DNA from: Bacillota bacterium
GTDB lineage: Bacteria > Bacillota > Clostridia > Christensenellales > CAG-138
Length of the DNA: 64,000 nucleotides
Direction: 5' to 3'
NCBI GenBank assembly: GCA_023390655.1
Contig: JAEWCL010000020.1
Coordinates: 3,275 to 67,274 of the forward strand
Shown one piece after another: positions 61,736 through 64,000 of this stretch. Under the pieces are notes generated by a model. That model saw nothing but the letters and a program-made list of their open reading frames with translations. It did no database searches and had not been told where the DNA came from. A program made the translations under genes and the position numbers. Numbering within the stretch: the stretch's first letter is position 1; each line of letters begins with the position of its first letter.

Positions 61736-61771
61736 GGAAAAGCAACAGGCCTGCGGCATGCCGCAGGCCTG
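61736..61771 (-). terminator. Terminator after the transketolase genes
   Basis: 11-bp stem CAGGCCTGCGG / CCGCAGGCCTG with loop CATG. The minus strand is followed by TTGCTTTTCC. Confidence 0.7.
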
Positions 61772-61784
61772 TGATGTAGGTTGC

Positions 61785-62747
61785 TTAGTTCTTGCGCGCG
61801 AGAACGGCTTTGACCTTGCGGATGACGTTCTCCTTGGTGAGGTCATAGGCCTGCTGGAGGTAATCCTGCGGGCCGACCTGGCCGTAGGTGTCCTCCACCG
61901 CCACGTATTCCACGGGCGTGGGGAGCTTGCGGGCAAGCACTTCGCTCACAGCGCTGAACAGCCCGCCGATCTTGTTGTGGTTTTCGGCCGTGACGACAGC
62001 GCCGGTTTCTTTTGCATACTTGATGATGCAGTCTTCGTCGATCGGCTTGATGGTGAACAGGTCGACCACCGTGATTTCGATGCCTTCCTTAGAGAGCACT
62101 TCTGCCGCCTGCAGCGCTTCATGGATCATGATGCCTGCCGCAAACAGAACGGCGTCCTTGCCCTCGCGCAGCGTGATGCCCTTGCCGATGGGGAACTTGC
62201 TGCCGTCTTCATACACCTTGGCGTTGTTCTTGCGGCCAACGCGGATGTATTTGACGCCCGGCAGGTCCTTTGCCTGGGTGAGCACATCAAGAAGCTGTGC
62301 GGTATCGGCGATATCGAATACCGTCGCGGTGGGGAGGGCGCGGTAGAGCGCAACGTCTTCAAACGGCATATGTGTGCCGCCGTTGTAAGCCGCGCAGACG
62401 CCGGGGTCGGTACCGAGCACGGTAATATCGTTCCTGGCGTAACCCGCGGAAAGGAATACCTGATCATACACACGGCGGGAAGCGAAGGGGCCAAACGTGT
62501 GGGCGATGGGCTTGAAGCCGGCGGCCGCAAGGCCGCAGGCAACGCCGATCATGTTCGCTTCGGAAATACCGCAGTTGATGGCCTTGTCCGGGTTGGCCTG
62601 GGAAAACTTCATCGTGCCGATGCAGCTCATCAGGTCCGCGTCAAGGTAAATGACGTCCGGATCGTTTTCGATAATCTTGGGGATATTTTCGCCTAAGAGA
62701 TCCTTGAAAGCAACAGGATCCATGGTGCCGTTATAAACGATTTTCAT
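61785..62747 (-). CDS. Transketolase, C-terminal (pyrimidine-binding) subunit of a split enzyme
   Basis: DADLMSCIGT, GISEANMIGVACGLA, FGPFASRRVYDQV and GGTHMPFEDVA. RBS AAGGAGGAAAG. Confidence 0.9.
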   Translation of the reverse strand: MKIVYNGTMDPVAFKDLLGENIPKIIENDPDVIYLDADLMSCIGTMKFSQANPDKAINCGISEANMIGVACGLAAAGFKPIAHTFGPFASRRVYDQVFLSAGYARNDITVLGTDPGVCAAYNGGTHMPFEDVALYRALPTATVFDIADTAQLLDVLTQAKDLPGVKYIRVGRKNNAKVYEDGSKFPIGKGITLREGKDAVLFAAGIMIHEALQAAEVLSKEGIEITVVDLFTIKPIDEDCIIKYAKETGAVVTAENHNKIGGLFSAVSEVLARKLPTPVEYVAVEDTYGQVGPQDYLQQAYDLTKENVIRKVKAVLARKN

Positions 62748-62759
62748 ATGCTTTCCTCC

Positions 62760-63605
62760 TTACTCAGCGCGAAGCGCCGCAAGGTCTGCCTTGACGCCTT
62801 CAATCCAACTGTCAAACACATCCGCCTTCACAGCCATGGAGTGGTTGTTGAGCGTTTCCTCTATTGCCTTGACGCCTGCACCCTTGATGGTGTCAAGCAC
62901 GATGGCATGGGGCTTGTCGGTAACGGCGGCGGTGCGCTCGATCGCTTCATAGATCGCTTCGATGTCGTTGCCTGGGATGTGCTGCGTGTCAAAGCCAAAA
63001 GCTTCAAACTTCGCGGCAATATCGCCCTGGGGCAGGATCACGTCCGTGGGGCCGTCAAGCTGCTTCTTGTTATCGTCGATAAACCAGATGAGGTTACTGA
63101 CCTTGCGCGCTGCAGCAAACGTGGCCGCTTCCCACACCTGGCCTTCGTTCAGTTCGCCGTCCCCCGTGATGAGGAACACGCGGTTGCCGCGGCCTTTGAG
63201 TTGATCGCCCAATGCAAGGCCAACCGCAAGGGAAGTGCCTTGGCCAAGAGAGCCGGTTGTCATATCAACGCCGGGGGTCTTGTTCCGGTCACAGTGGCTG
63301 GGGAGCGACGTGCCGGGCTTGTTGAGTGTAGAGAGCATATCCTGCGGGAAATACCCCTTGAGCGCCAGGGTGGCGTATACCGCCGGGCCCGCGTGGCCTT
63401 TGGAGCAGACGAGCTTGTCGCGCTCGGGCCACGAGGGGTTTTTCGGGTCAATCTTCATAACAGAGCCATAAAGAACCGCCAGAACGTCCGTAATGCTTAA
63501 CGAGCCGCCCACATGGCCAAAGCCCAGGGACTTAAGCTCTTCAAGGCAGGCGATGCGGATCTGGAGTGCGAAATCCTTCAGCTCCCGCTTGAGTTCGGGT
63601 TTCAT
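62760..63605 (-). CDS. Transketolase, N-terminal (thiamine-diphosphate-binding) subunit of a split enzyme
   Basis: GHVGGSLSITDVLAVLY, SKGHAGPAVYA, GSLGQGTSLAVGLA and ITGDGELNEGQVWEA. Start taken as ATG 63605, 11 nt after GGAGG. The ORF-track ATG 63623 is the alternative. Confidence 0.88.
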   Translation of the reverse strand: MKPELKRELKDFALQIRIACLEELKSLGFGHVGGSLSITDVLAVLYGSVMKIDPKNPSWPERDKLVCSKGHAGPAVYATLALKGYFPQDMLSTLNKPGTSLPSHCDRNKTPGVDMTTGSLGQGTSLAVGLALGDQLKGRGNRVFLITGDGELNEGQVWEAATFAAARKVSNLIWFIDDNKKQLDGPTDVILPQGDIAAKFEAFGFDTQHIPGNDIEAIYEAIERTAAVTDKPHAIVLDTIKGAGVKAIEETLNNHSMAVKADVFDSWIEGVKADLAALRAE

Positions 63606-63780
63606 CTGAACATGTACCTCCATATTGATTCTTCTTATTACAGGATAGCAAACTGCGGGGGGTATTACAAGTTCCCGGCACGTTTTTTCGCGCTGTTTTC
63701 AAATATAATCCGTAAAAAACAAGAAGCAGGCTGCTATCGGTATATGTTATACTTCTGCTATGGAAATGCGAAAAAGTGAC

Positions 63781-64000
63781 ATGCTTTCAGAGCAAGAAAA
63801 ATGGCTGGCGTTCGCCCGGTCGGACGCGGCATATGACGGGCGCTTTTTTGCCGCCGTCAGGTCCACGGGCATTTTTTGCCGCCCTTCCTGCACGGCGCGC
63901 ACGCCGCTACGAAAGAACGTCACATTTTATGATACGGCGGAGGAAGCGCTAACAAACGGATACCGTCCCTGCAAGCGCTGCAGACCCGATTTGCTGCAAT
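63781..64000 (+). CDS. Ada-type regulatory protein, N-terminal Zn-binding methylphosphotriester-repair domain; the 3' end lies outside the window
   Basis: MLSEQEKWLAFARSDAAYDGRFFAAVRSTGIFCRPSCTARTPLRKNVTFYDTAEEALTNGYRPCKRCRP shows the Cys4 pattern of the Ada N-terminal domain. This ORF is not in the ORF track because it runs off the window. Confidence 0.75.
   Translation, partial: MLSEQEKWLAFARSDAAYDGRFFAAVRSTGIFCRPSCTARTPLRKNVTFYDTAEEALTNGYRPCKRCRPDLLQ

Noticed and set aside
61719-63500. 325-aa and 250-aa ORFs on the + strand
   Set aside because: They are antisense to the two transketolase subunit genes.

Overview
High-GC Firmicutes/Clostridia-type chromosomal segment; the taxonomy is inferred from SpoIID, dockerin/cohesin, SLH, sortases and gene content. 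About 60 coding genes are supported. Housekeeping genes: lysS (partial), cysS, asd-dapA-dapB, a split transketolase, a LivJHMFG-type amino-acid ABC importer, a second three-gene ABC importer, motAB behind a sigma-D-type promoter, and two tRNA-Ser. Accessory genes: a MarR plus heterodimeric ABC exporter, an Lsa-family ABC-F gene with a visible leader-peptide attenuator, fosX, two choloylglycine-hydrolase-family enzymes, two sortases, and large SLH and GLUG surface proteins. Most interesting findings: (1) a MerR-controlled UbiD/UbiX (prFMN) decarboxylase cassette that embeds a DUF554 membrane protein and ends in an LpdD-like::isopentenyl-diphosphate-isomerase fusion; (2) a 1099-aa Endonuclease-Q-like PHP/Zn-finger nuclease fused to a UvrD/PcrA helicase; (3) a SpoIID/LytB protein carrying a dockerin, translationally coupled to a membrane-anchored cohesin-like protein; (4) an FMN-binding lipoprotein with a 645-nt internal tandem duplication behind a palindromic operator; (5) DapB fused to aspartokinase-type ACT domains; (6) an AT-richer stretch of gene fragments, a tRNA 3' fragment and a serine-recombinase remnant next to the tRNA-Ser genes. 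No CRISPR array, rRNA or intact mobile element was seen. Many long ORFs in the track are antisense shadows of real genes and were rejected. All calls rest on motif recognition by eye; no searches were run.
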